NCBI GenBank assembly: GCA_002441305.1
Contig: DJVT01000014.1
Coordinates: 2,859-66,858 of the forward strand
Direction: 5' to 3'
DNA: 64,000 bases
Source: Candidatus Omnitrophica bacterium UBA6249
Lineage (GTDB): Bacteria; Omnitrophota; Gorgyraeia; Gygaellales; Profunditerraquicolaceae
This document shows, piece by piece, positions 33,594 to 42,478 of this stretch. Numbering within the stretch: the stretch's first letter is position 1; each line of letters begins with the position of its first letter. Below the pieces are notes generated by a model. The model saw only the letters and a program-made list of their open reading frames with translations, had not been told where the DNA came from and did no database searches. Made by a program: the position numbers and the translations under genes.

Positions 33594-35587
33594 AATGCCT
33601 TCTCGACCCTCTCCCTGACTTTTTCGAAAGTGCAATGTTCGATAGTCTCCCCGCCGACCTTGACCACCGGACCGCGGTCGCATCTCTCGAAACAAAAAGA
33701 CGCCTTAACCTCAACCTTGTCCCCCAGATCGTTCTTTATGATATACTCGAGCAGGCTGCGCAGAAGCCCCTGCGCCCCCTTGAGGAAGCATCCCGTACCG
33801 AAACATACGTCCACCTCCACTTTTGCTTCGCACGCGGATTCGTTTATAGTGACCCCTTCGTCGAAAATACGCTTGCGCGTCTTATAATGAGTATGCAGAA
33901 GGCCGTGCGCCCGGGAGCTTCCTATCTCCCCGAGGAAATTCTTGTACACCTCGGCCAGGTAAGGATTATCCTGGGATTTATGCAGTTGGAGCATCTTGTC
34001 ATTGTCGTAAAGCCCGCGGGCGCGCATCTTCTTTACGTGCGGGTCGCGGTAAACCGGCTGCCCCGCCCCGCCGACGCATCCGCCGGGGCAGGCCATCACC
34101 TCTACAAAGTCATAACTGGCGGCCCCGGACTTGATTTTTTCGATAAGCTCCCGCGCATTCTTAAGCCCGCTGACTATGGCCAGTTTGAACTCCCTGCCGT
34201 TCAAGGTCAGGGATGCCTGGCGCAGGCCGCCGTCCCCGCGCACCATATTGAACTCATAGTTATCGCTTTTTACGCCGGTTATCCTCTCTCCCACAAAACG
34301 CAGTACCGCCTCGCTCACCCCGCCCGAAGCGCCGAAGATAACCCCTGCCCCGGTCTTAAAACCGAACGGCAGGTCGAATGATTCCGGCTCAAGGGCGTCG
34401 AAACGCAACCCGGATTCCTCGATCATCCGGCAGAGCTCCTGGGTAGTGATCACGTAGTCCACGTCGCGTATGCCTTCCCGTTCGAATTCCGGACGCCTGG
34501 CCTCGAACTTCTTGGCGGTGCAGGGCATGATCGAAACAACGATTATATCCTCACGCTTAACCCCGCTCTGCGCGCTGAGCATCTCCTTGCTCAGGGCCCC
34601 GAACATCTGCTGGGGGGAACGGCAGCTGGAAAGATTGCCGAGGAGCTCCGGATAATACTGCTCGGCAAATTTTACCCAGGCCGGGCAGCATGATGTAAAC
34701 TGGGGAATTTTCTCCCCTTTATTAATACGTTCTATGAACTCATGCCCCTCTTCGATAACCGTCAAATCCGCGGTAAAAGAAGTGTCATAAACCTTGTCGA
34801 AACCCATCGCGCGCAAGGCGGACACTATCTGGCCGGTGGATGTCGCCCCCGGCTCCAGGCCGAACATCTCCCCCACTGCCACGCGCACAGCAGGGGCGAT
34901 CTGGGCAACGACCATGCGCCCGGGGTTATCCAGCTGCTTCCAAACATCCTCAACCTCGGATTTTGGAGTCAACGCCCCCGTCGGGCAGACCCTGCTGCAT
35001 TGCCCGCAATAGACGCATTCCACGCTCCCGAGGTTTTTGCCGAAACATGGCATCACCGCGGATTTCGAACCCCGCCAGGCAAAATCAATCGCCCCCACTG
35101 ACTGGATCTCGGAACATACGCGCACGCAGTCCCCGCAGAGCACGCATTTATTGGGGTCGCGCACCAGGGAAAAAGACGAGGTATCCACCGGTTCGTTGCG
35201 CAGCGTACTCTTGAACCTTACTTTCTTGATGCCCAGTTTGCTCGCCAGGGACTGCAGCTGGCAATGGTTGTTCTTCGGGCAAGTCGGGCATGCCTGGTCG
35301 TGATTGGCCAGGAGAAGTTCCACGATGATCTTGCGCATGGAACGTATCTGTTCTGTATTCGTGCGCACAACCATCCTGTTTTCCGGAGGGGTCGAACAGG
35401 CAGGCTGTAGGCCGCGGCCCTCTACCTCCACCATGCACAAACGGCAGGAACCGTAAACACTAAGCTCCGAATGGTAGCAAAAAGTGGGGAGGTCGATATT
35501 GGCCTTGCGCACCAACTCCAGAAGATTATGTTCCCCTTCTATGGGGACCTGCTTATTATCTATATTCACATACCTTGCCTCTATCAT
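33590..35587 (-). CDS. hydA: [FeFe] hydrogenase catalytic subunit, multimeric NAD(P)-linked type
   Basis: N-terminal [2Fe-2S] and His-ligated cluster domains, 2x[4Fe-4S] (CVLCGDCVRVC, CVYCGQCSRVCP), H-cluster motifs FTSCCPAWV, MPCTAKKFE and EVMACPGGCVGGAGQP, and a C-terminal thioredoxin-like Cys domain (CFGTGC...CFERC). Confidence 0.9.
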   Translation of the reverse strand: MIEARYVNIDNKQVPIEGEHNLLELVRKANIDLPTFCYHSELSVYGSCRLCMVEVEGRGLQPACSTPPENRMVVRTNTEQIRSMRKIIVELLLANHDQACPTCPKNNHCQLQSLASKLGIKKVRFKSTLRNEPVDTSSFSLVRDPNKCVLCGDCVRVCSEIQSVGAIDFAWRGSKSAVMPCFGKNLGSVECVYCGQCSRVCPTGALTPKSEVEDVWKQLDNPGRMVVAQIAPAVRVAVGEMFGLEPGATSTGQIVSALRAMGFDKVYDTSFTADLTVIEEGHEFIERINKGEKIPQFTSCCPAWVKFAEQYYPELLGNLSSCRSPQQMFGALSKEMLSAQSGVKREDIIVVSIMPCTAKKFEARRPEFEREGIRDVDYVITTQELCRMIEESGLRFDALEPESFDLPFGFKTGAGVIFGASGGVSEAVLRFVGERITGVKSDNYEFNMVRGDGGLRQASLTLNGREFKLAIVSGLKNARELIEKIKSGAASYDFVEVMACPGGCVGGAGQPVYRDPHVKKMRARGLYDNDKMLQLHKSQDNPYLAEVYKNFLGEIGSSRAHGLLHTHYKTRKRIFDEGVTINESACEAKVEVDVCFGTGCFLKGAQGLLRSLLEYIIKNDLGDKVEVKASFCFERCDRGPVVKVGGETIEHCTFEKVRERVEKAL

Positions 35588-37497
35588 CTTGCACCCCCGG
35601 ATACCGCATTGAATTTACAGGCCTGGACGCAGGCTCCGCATTTTATGCACAATTTCTCTTCGATAACATGCGCCTTGCCGCGTTCCCCTTTTATCGCACC
35701 CACAGGGCATTTCCTGCTGCATAAGGTGCATCCCTTGCATAAGGAAGGATCGATCCTGTATTTGGCCAGGGCCTTGCAGCGGCCCGCGGGGCAATATTTA
35801 TATTTTACGTGCGCCAAATACTCCTCCCTGAAATAACGCAAAGTCGACAACACGGGATTGGGCGCGGTCTTCCCCAGGCCGCACAAGGACCCCACCTGCA
35901 CCGCCCTGGCCAGATCCTCAAGTATCTGCAGGGTCTCCTCGGTAGCCCTGCCTTCGATAATATCGTCCAGCAAGGCAAGCATCTGTTTGGTGCCCTCGCG
36001 GCAAAGCACGCACTTGCCGCACGACTCGTTCTGGGTAAACTGCATGAAAAAACGCGCTATGGATACCATGCATGTGTTGCTGTTCATCACCACCAGGCCC
36101 CCCGAACCGACCATTGCCCCTGCCTTGCGCAAAGAGTCGAAATCCATGGGAATATCCAGATGCTCCTGTATCAGGCATCCTCCGGAAGGCCCGCCGATCT
36201 GCACTGCCTTGAAAGGCTTTTCCGAAATATTACCGTCATCGGCGGTCACGCCTCCGGCAATCTCGTAAACTATCTTGCGCAGGGAGGTGCCGAAGGGGAC
36301 TTCGATCAGCCCGGTGTTGGCCACATGTCCGGTGAGCGCGAAGGTTTTTGTGCCCGGGGAGCCTGCAGTCCCCATTTTCCTGTACTCCTCCGCACCCATA
36401 CGCATAATCAGCGGCACCGTGGCCATGGTCTCCACATTGTTGATCACGGTAGGCTTGCCGTGCAAACCGCTCTGCGCGGGAAAAGGCGGCTTTGGCGACG
36501 GCATCCCCCGTTTGCCCTCTATGGAAGCGATAAGCGCGGTCTCCTCGCCGCAGACAAATGCGCCCGCCCCTTCCATGACCTGGACGTCGAAATTGAATCC
36601 TGAGGCAAAAATATCCTTCCCCAGTATGCCGGCCTTACGCGCGTCCTCGACCGCTTTACGCATGCGCCTTACGGCAAGCGGGTACTCCGCGCGCACATAA
36701 ACATACCCTTCGTCCGCACCGATGGCGCGGGCGGCGATAATCATTCCTTCGATAACACTGTGCGAATTGCCCTCCATCACGCTGCGGTCCATGAACGCGC
36801 CGGGGTCCCCTTCGTCGCCGTTACAGATAACGTATTTCTTAAGGCTCTTCTGGCGCAGGGTAATAGCCCATTTCTTCCCCGTGGGAAAACCTCCGCCTCC
36901 CCTGCCGCGCAGGCCGGAGGCAACGATCTCCTCGCAGATATCCTCAGGGCGCATAAAACATGCCTTGGAGGCAGCTTCATACCCATGGTGGAAAATGTAT
37001 TCGGCTATATCCTCCGGGTCGATCTGCCCGCATTCCTTGAGCACAAAACGCTGCTGCTTCTGGTAAAACGGGATCTCCCCGGTCCCTACGCAGGGTTTCC
37101 CGGAAGAAGGATCCACATACAGGAGCCGCTCGACAATCTTGCCTTCTATCAAGGTCTTCTCCACGATCTCCGCCGCATCCCCAGCCTTGACCCTGGTATA
37201 AAATATGTTCTCCGGCAATATCGTCACCAGCGGGCCCATCTGGCAGAACCCCTGGCAGCCGCTCTTGGAAACGAATACCGCATCTTTTTCATGCTCATCC
37301 TCAAAACGCAGGCTTAAAATAACAGGCAGGCCCTTTTTTTCTATCTCCTCCGCCAGTTTTGCATACACCTTCAGCGAGCCATTGGCCACGCATCCGGTAC
37401 CGGCGCAAACGATTACCCTGCGCCCAACCTTGGACGAAGCGCGGGAGAATTTCCCTCTTATATCATCAAGATCACACGTCTTACTTGCCATTGCCAA
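35584..37497 (-). CDS. hydB: hydrogenase NuoF-like flavoprotein subunit (NAD(P)H- and FMN-binding, Fe-S)
   Basis: 637 aa: GLRGRGGGGFPTGKKW (FMN/NADH site), CNGDEGDPGAF, ESCGKCVLCREG (N3-type cluster), and C-terminal 2x[4Fe-4S] motifs (CKGCTLCSRKCP, CIKCGACVQAC). Confidence 0.9.
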   Translation of the reverse strand: MAMASKTCDLDDIRGKFSRASSKVGRRVIVCAGTGCVANGSLKVYAKLAEEIEKKGLPVILSLRFEDEHEKDAVFVSKSGCQGFCQMGPLVTILPENIFYTRVKAGDAAEIVEKTLIEGKIVERLLYVDPSSGKPCVGTGEIPFYQKQQRFVLKECGQIDPEDIAEYIFHHGYEAASKACFMRPEDICEEIVASGLRGRGGGGFPTGKKWAITLRQKSLKKYVICNGDEGDPGAFMDRSVMEGNSHSVIEGMIIAARAIGADEGYVYVRAEYPLAVRRMRKAVEDARKAGILGKDIFASGFNFDVQVMEGAGAFVCGEETALIASIEGKRGMPSPKPPFPAQSGLHGKPTVINNVETMATVPLIMRMGAEEYRKMGTAGSPGTKTFALTGHVANTGLIEVPFGTSLRKIVYEIAGGVTADDGNISEKPFKAVQIGGPSGGCLIQEHLDIPMDFDSLRKAGAMVGSGGLVVMNSNTCMVSIARFFMQFTQNESCGKCVLCREGTKQMLALLDDIIEGRATEETLQILEDLARAVQVGSLCGLGKTAPNPVLSTLRYFREEYLAHVKYKYCPAGRCKALAKYRIDPSLCKGCTLCSRKCPVGAIKGERGKAHVIEEKLCIKCGACVQACKFNAVSGGAR

Positions 37498-37975
37498 TCC
37501 CTTCTTTCTTTATAATTCCGTCTATTACCTTATCCGCCTTTTCCGGGGTCATCTGGCCGTACACCTCGTCGTTAACCACGATCACCGGGGCCAGGCCGCA
37601 GGCCCCAAGGCAAGAGACCGTCTCCAGGGTAAACAGCATATCGGGCGTGGTCACCATCCCCGGCTTGAGGCCGAGCTTCTGGCGCAGGGCGTCGAGCAGG
37701 GCGGTGGATTTCTTCACATGGCAGGCGGTGCCGTCGCAGATACGGATAATATATTTGCCTTTCGGCTTGAGGGTAAAATGAGAATAAAACGTGGCCACGC
37801 CGTAAACATGCGCGGAGGTAAGGTTCAATGAAGTAGCCACGAATGTAAGAATCTCCTCCGGCAGGTAGCGGTACTCCTCCTGCACGGCCTGCAGTATGGT
37901 AATCAGCCTGCCCGGGTCGCGGCCGTTCTCCTCAAGTATCTGGCAGACCTTCTCCAGCTTACGCAATCCTTCCAT
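37481..37975 (-). CDS. hydC: hydrogenase NuoE-like [2Fe-2S] subunit
   Basis: 164 aa: IRICDGTACHVK...SCLGACGLAPV, the NuoE/HydC cluster motif. Confidence 0.9.
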   Translation of the reverse strand: MEGLRKLEKVCQILEENGRDPGRLITILQAVQEEYRYLPEEILTFVATSLNLTSAHVYGVATFYSHFTLKPKGKYIIRICDGTACHVKKSTALLDALRQKLGLKPGMVTTPDMLFTLETVSCLGACGLAPVIVVNDEVYGQMTPEKADKVIDGIIKKEGIGNGK

Positions 37976-37990
37976 AACAAATCCTCTCTT

Positions 37991-38656
37991 TCATCTTTCT
38001 GCCAGCAGCAAGGCAAGCCTCTTGGATAACACGGCAAGCGAAGAAGCAAGGTTCTCATGCTGCACGATAATCCCCGCTGGGACGCTGATTTTGACCGGGG
38101 CAAAATTCCAGATCGCCTTTATCCCCGCCCCGAGCATGGCATCGGCAAGCTCCTGGGCGCATGATGCCGGGGCGGTAAGGATGCCGATCTTTATGCCCGT
38201 GCGCCTGATCATGTCCGGCAGCTTTTTCACCGGCAGTATCTTCTTGCCGTAAACCTCCCTGCCTATCTTGTCCGCGGAGCTGTCAAAGGCCGCAATGATA
38301 TTCAGTCCGTAATCCTTGAACCCCTGGTACCCCAAAAGGGCAAAACCCAGGTTGCCCGCCCCCACCAGGTAAGCCTCTGTAGTATTGTCCCAGCCAAGAA
38401 AGATCTCGATCGCCTTGAGCAGCTCCGTGACGCGGTAACCGACCTTGGGCCTTCCTTGCGCCCCAGTGAACTCCATATCCTTACGCACCTGGATAGCCAG
38501 GTTGTTCAGGTCTTCGGCGATCTTGGCGCAGGATATATACTCCCTGGGCGATTCAAGGTTCAGCTTACGCAGGTACTGGTAATATACCGGCAGCCTGCGC
38601 AATACAGGTTCGGGTATAGGTTTTGAAGCCCCCTTTATCATGCTCTGCTTTGCCAT
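37991..38656 (-). CDS. rex: redox-sensing transcriptional repressor Rex
   Basis: 221 aa: PEPVLRRLPVYYQYL, Rossmann motif LVGAGNLGFALL, and a Rex C-terminal domain. It lies 15 nt upstream of hydC. Confidence 0.9.
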   Translation of the reverse strand: MAKQSMIKGASKPIPEPVLRRLPVYYQYLRKLNLESPREYISCAKIAEDLNNLAIQVRKDMEFTGAQGRPKVGYRVTELLKAIEIFLGWDNTTEAYLVGAGNLGFALLGYQGFKDYGLNIIAAFDSSADKIGREVYGKKILPVKKLPDMIRRTGIKIGILTAPASCAQELADAMLGAGIKAIWNFAPVKISVPAGIIVQHENLASSLAVLSKRLALLLAER

Positions 38657-38674
38657 ACGCTAACCTCCCATTAA

Positions 38675-38692
38675 TAGATAAATATTTATCAA
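38675..38692. promoter_or_regulatory. candidate Rex-type operator overlapping the rex transcription start
   Basis: Minus strand reads TTGATAAATATTTATCTA, with a perfect 14-bp palindromic core GATAAATATTTATC at 38677-38690. It resembles the Rex pattern TTGnnAA-N4-TTnnCAA with one half-site deviation, and it starts 6 nt after the predicted -10. Confidence 0.4.
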
Positions 38693-38696
38693 TAAA

Positions 38697-38725
38697 AGTA
38701 TATCTATAAAATTTTATCTTGTCAA
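38697..38725 (-). promoter_or_regulatory. sigma70-type promoter of the rex-hyd operon
   Basis: Minus strand has TTGACA (38725-38720), a 17-nt spacer and TATACT (38702-38697). Confidence 0.6.
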
Positions 38726-38739
38726 GGATAAATTTATCC
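38726..38739. promoter_or_regulatory. second perfect palindrome GGATAAATTTATCC abutting the -35 hexamer
   Basis: Read directly from the sequence. It shares GATAAAT/TTTATC arms with 38677-38690, but the half-site spacing is shorter. Confidence 0.3.
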
Positions 38740-38775
38740 CGCTTGGTTAATAGGCCTGTTATTTTTAAAAGTAGG

Positions 38776-39879
38776 TTACTTGGAACGCCATTCCCTGGCG
38801 CATTCCTGGTAGGTATAAAAAGAAGGTTTGCGGGAAAAATCCCAGCGCAGCATGCCGAAGTAGTCCACCCCGTCATTCCAGTGCCGCCGGGTGTCCCGGA
38901 AGAAGGCCCAGAAGACCTTGTCCACGTAGGGGCTTTTCAGAAGTTCGCCGTACACATACTTGAGCCAGGAGGCCTGTTCCTCCTCCCCCGGGTTTTCCCC
39001 CAGCCACCAGCCGGCTGTATCCGTTTCCGCCGCCACCCCGGGGCATCCGATCTCGGTAATCCATATCCTCTTGTCCCCGTCCCCGTGCCGGAGCATGATC
39101 TCATGGACCAGCCCGGGGTAATCCGCCACTGCCTTGGCCGCCCCCGGGTAAAGCGGGTTCTGGAAAAAATGCACGTTCATTATGTCAAAATACTCCCCCG
39201 CTCCATTATCATACAAATAATCTATGCTGGTTGCCCCTTCGGCCAGCCCGCCGTTAAGAACTTTGCAGTTTGGGTTTATTTTCTTGGCCTCCCGGTAGAA
39301 CTCCTTGAGCATAAGGCAATAGGATACAAGCTTATCCTGCGGCTGCCAATAAGTGGGGGAATCCGGCTCATTCCAGAGCTCCCAGTGGCAAACCCTTCCT
39401 TTATATCTGCGCATAACCATGGAGGCATAGCGCATGAAATCATCCTGTTTTCGCGGCGGGCAATTCCATTTTCCGCATGCCGACGCCCAATCCGCGCTGT
39501 AATGCAGAATTCCGAGTATGTTAATCCCCTTCTCCTCCAGCAGGGTGACGATACGGTCATATTTGGCAAAATCGAATTTGCCCTTTTTGGGTTCGATATC
39601 CCCCCAGAGAAAATCCATCCTCACCCAGCCCGCTCTTGCCTCCTTCATCAGGGACACCGCCTTGCGCAAGTCAGCCTCGCTGCCGTATTTATGGCTGTTC
39701 CAGGAATGGTCCCAATGCAAGAACTCCAGCACCCCGAATGGGCTGTCGTATGCGCAAGGCATCTTCTTTTTCGGAGAGAAGAAAACAAAATAAAAAAACA
39801 GGCAAAGCGCCAGGGCTATCGCCGCAAAGAAAAACATATTATTTATGGGGTTCCTGTTCGATGTTGATATAGTCATCAA
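38776..39879 (-). CDS. membrane-anchored clan GH-A glycoside hydrolase (GH39/PslG-like or GH5-like)
   Basis: N-terminal TM anchor (FFFAAIALALCLFFYFVFF). Contains VRMDFLWGDIEPKKGKFDF and a catalytic-acid block HWELWNEPD. The family assignment is approximate. The start is ambiguous among TTG 39879, ATG 39876 and ATG 39837. Confidence 0.6.
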   Translation of the reverse strand: MMTISTSNRNPINNMFFFAAIALALCLFFYFVFFSPKKKMPCAYDSPFGVLEFLHWDHSWNSHKYGSEADLRKAVSLMKEARAGWVRMDFLWGDIEPKKGKFDFAKYDRIVTLLEEKGINILGILHYSADWASACGKWNCPPRKQDDFMRYASMVMRRYKGRVCHWELWNEPDSPTYWQPQDKLVSYCLMLKEFYREAKKINPNCKVLNGGLAEGATSIDYLYDNGAGEYFDIMNVHFFQNPLYPGAAKAVADYPGLVHEIMLRHGDGDKRIWITEIGCPGVAAETDTAGWWLGENPGEEEQASWLKYVYGELLKSPYVDKVFWAFFRDTRRHWNDGVDYFGMLRWDFSRKPSFYTYQECAREWRSK

Positions 39880-41224
39880 AATCCATCTGCTCCCCGAGCT
39901 CCTGCTTGACCACCCTTATCCTGTCGGGCACGTAAGGATGGGTCTTGTAATATGATCTCGGCTGTATAGGACTCCTGCGGTTTATCTCCTGCAGTTTGGT
40001 CAAGAAGGTAATCATGCCGCGCGGGTCGTATCCGGCAAGCCTGGCGTAACGCGCGCCCAACTGGTCGGCGAGCAGTTCGTCCTCCCGGCTATAACCGAGC
40101 ATAAACTGCGTAAAGGCCGCGTCCGCAGCCGTACCTACCTCGGATACGCCGGGGGTAACCGCTGCCAGGAGCCTCAAGACGGTATATCCCTGCATCGCCT
40201 GCAGTTTCTTGATGCTGTGCCTTGCCACGATATGCCCTACCTCGTGCGCCAGGACGCAGGCAAGCTCATCGTCGCTGGCCGCCTTATCGACTAAACCGCT
40301 GTTCACATACACGTAACCTCCGGGAAGGGAAACGGCGTTTACCTGGTCATCCTCCAGCACGCGAAAATGGTAATCTATCTCCTTCCTGTCGCTTACCGCG
40401 GCGATCTTGGCTCCGATATCCTCCACGCGTTTCTGCTGCAGCGGGTCGGGGGAAGTTTTATAAAGTTTCTGCACCTGCAGGTCGATCGACCGGCCCATCT
40501 TCACTTCGCTATCCGTGCTGTAATAGTATTTCTCCTCCTGTTTTGTAACAAGGTTGTACTCGGTTGAGCATCCCGCCAGGAGAGGAAGGGCCAAGGCGCA
40601 GAAAAAAGGAAGGATAATATGCACAAATACCCTGAGATTGAGCTTCCCGAGCATAATGCGCAGCCTTCTCAAAGGAAGCCCGACCACATTATAAAAACAT
40701 CCGTCTATCTTCCGGATAAAAAATGCCCCCTTCCCCTGGATATCGAAACTTCCCGCCTTATCCAAAGGAGAGGAATTCTTGAAGTAAGCCGAAATCTCCG
40801 CCTTATCCAATTTATCCATGAATACTTTGGTTTCCTCGTGCCCCAAAAGCATACGCAGGCGGCCGTCTTTTTTTCTTGCTACCGCAAGCCCGGTAAAAAG
40901 GCGGTGCGGCCGGCGGGAAAGCTTTTTGAGCATATCCCCGGCATCCCGCATATCCCTGGGCTTTCCGAATATGCCCCCTCCCTGCACGCAAAGCGTATCC
41001 GCGGCGATAATAATCCCCTCTTTTATCTTTGCCGCGGCGGATTCGGCTTTCCTGCGCGCGTTCTCCTCGACCATCCGGGGATAAGAAAGCCCTCCGCGCT
41101 CCTTCGCCTCATCGGTATCGACGCGGATGACTTCGAATTTTAACCCGAGCCTCCTTAGAAGCTCTTTCCTGGCTTTGGATTTAGACGCTAAATATATCTT
41201 CATCGTATTTTTCCCAAGAAACAT
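39839..41224 (-). CDS. single ORF joining a Maf nucleotide pyrophosphatase domain to an M48 zinc-metalloprotease lipoprotein
   Basis: Residues ~8-190 are Maf (KIYLASKSKARKELL, IIIAADT, GKP, AGSFDIQG, VVGLPL). Residues 191-219, MLGKLNLRVFVHIILPFFCALALPLLAGC, form a lipoprotein signal peptide with a lipobox. An M48 peptidase follows (LAHEVGHIVARH...). There is no stop codon between the two parts. The internal ATG is at 40654. Confidence 0.7.
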   Translation of the reverse strand: MFLGKNTMKIYLASKSKARKELLRRLGLKFEVIRVDTDEAKERGGLSYPRMVEENARRKAESAAAKIKEGIIIAADTLCVQGGGIFGKPRDMRDAGDMLKKLSRRPHRLFTGLAVARKKDGRLRMLLGHEETKVFMDKLDKAEISAYFKNSSPLDKAGSFDIQGKGAFFIRKIDGCFYNVVGLPLRRLRIMLGKLNLRVFVHIILPFFCALALPLLAGCSTEYNLVTKQEEKYYYSTDSEVKMGRSIDLQVQKLYKTSPDPLQQKRVEDIGAKIAAVSDRKEIDYHFRVLEDDQVNAVSLPGGYVYVNSGLVDKAASDDELACVLAHEVGHIVARHSIKKLQAMQGYTVLRLLAAVTPGVSEVGTAADAAFTQFMLGYSREDELLADQLGARYARLAGYDPRGMITFLTKLQEINRRSPIQPRSYYKTHPYVPDRIRVVKQELGEQMDFDDYINIEQEPHK

Positions 41225-42471
41225 CAGGCGGACAAAACAGCGCTCTCCCCGGCGAGATACCCGGTGGAAAAAGCAGCCTGGAGGTTAAACCCGCCGGTGT
41301 CCGCATCGATGTCGATCATCTCCCCGCAAAGATAAAGCCCCTTGACCAGGCGGGATTCCATGGTGCGGGGGTTTATCTCCTTCAGGCTGACCCCTCCGCG
41401 GGTAACCATACCCTCCTCTACCGGTGCGGATCCCGAGATATCCATGCGAAAGGCCTTAAGAAAAGAAATTATCCTCTCCCTCTCCTCCTGTTTTATCTGT
41501 GCGCATTTTTTCATGGGATCCAGCGCAATGATTTCCGTAAAAAGCGATGCCATGCGCAAAGGCAGAAGGGTTTTTAACACATTACGTACGCCTTTTTTCG
41601 CCCCGGCTTTAAACTCGCGCAGCAGGCGGGCCTCCAGCTGCTGGCAAGTAAGGGCGGGTTTCAGGTCGATCTCCACGCAGGCCTTCCCGTTTTTTTCAAA
41701 CATATCTATCACCCTTCCGCTCAAGGTCATTACGAGGGGGCCGGATATCCCGGAAGAAGTAAACACCATCTCTCCGGTCTCGGAGAGGATCTGCGTATTG
41801 CCGCTTGAGAATTTGAGCCTGATGTTGCGCAAGGTAAGCCCCTCCATCCTCCGGGGATAACCCTGTTTTGTCTTGAGGGCAACCAGGCCGGGGCGCAGGG
41901 GCACGATACGGTGCCCGAGAGAACGGGCGATCTCCATCCCGGAACCGTCGGAACCGGTAAAACTGTAGCTCGCCCCGCCGCAGGCCAGGATAAGCCTGTC
42001 GCAAAGGATGATTTTCCCGCCGGATAACTTCACGCAGGATACCTTCCCCTTTTCGATGCCTGCCCCGGAAACCTCGGCGCCGTAAACCACGCGCACCCCG
42101 GTTCTTTCCAGTTCCTTCTTCAATACCGACAACACTCCGGATGAACGGTCGCTCTGCGGAAAAACGCGCATCTGCCTTTCCACTTTCAGGCCGAGGCCGC
42201 GCTGTTCGAAGAAATCCATAAGCTGCCGGTTGAATAATTTTTTGAAGGCGTCCCTGAGGAAATCGCCGTTTTTGGAGAATCTTTTGAGGAACCGATCGAG
42301 GTCTTCGGTATTGGTAAGATTGCAGCGGCCCTTGCCGCTTAAAAGAAGTTTGTTCCCCGCTGACTTGGTTTTTTCAAGAAGGGTTACATCCCCGCCGAGG
42401 CCGGCAGCCCTGATTGCCGCCATCATTCCCGATGCCCCCGCGCCCGCCACTAAAATTTTTATTTCACGCAC
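41224..42471 (-). CDS. HI0933/BaiN-family NAD(P)/FAD-dependent flavoprotein
   Basis: 415 aa: ILVAGAGASGMMAA dinucleotide fold, SGKGRCNLTN, and C-terminal GG.N...A..TG motifs. Confidence 0.8.
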   Translation of the reverse strand: MREIKILVAGAGASGMMAAIRAAGLGGDVTLLEKTKSAGNKLLLSGKGRCNLTNTEDLDRFLKRFSKNGDFLRDAFKKLFNRQLMDFFEQRGLGLKVERQMRVFPQSDRSSGVLSVLKKELERTGVRVVYGAEVSGAGIEKGKVSCVKLSGGKIILCDRLILACGGASYSFTGSDGSGMEIARSLGHRIVPLRPGLVALKTKQGYPRRMEGLTLRNIRLKFSSGNTQILSETGEMVFTSSGISGPLVMTLSGRVIDMFEKNGKACVEIDLKPALTCQQLEARLLREFKAGAKKGVRNVLKTLLPLRMASLFTEIIALDPMKKCAQIKQEERERIISFLKAFRMDISGSAPVEEGMVTRGGVSLKEINPRTMESRLVKGLYLCGEMIDIDADTGGFNLQAAFSTGYLAGESAVLSA

Positions 42472-42478
42472 GATGCAC

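Noticed and set aside
33594-33695. 34-codon N-terminal extension of hydS, and the overlapping 167-aa ORF 33211..33714
   Set aside because: The extension overlaps the hydA 3' end and is Arg/Gly-rich. The ferredoxin domain begins right after the Met at 33593. ORF 33211..33714 is an out-of-frame shadow.
41222-41226. Very short stop/start overlaps (TGATG here; ATGA at 33590-33593, 27491-27494 and 24611-24614), considered as programmed frameshift sites
   Set aside because: These are ordinary translational-coupling overlaps between adjacent complete genes. No slippery heptamer or downstream structure is evident.
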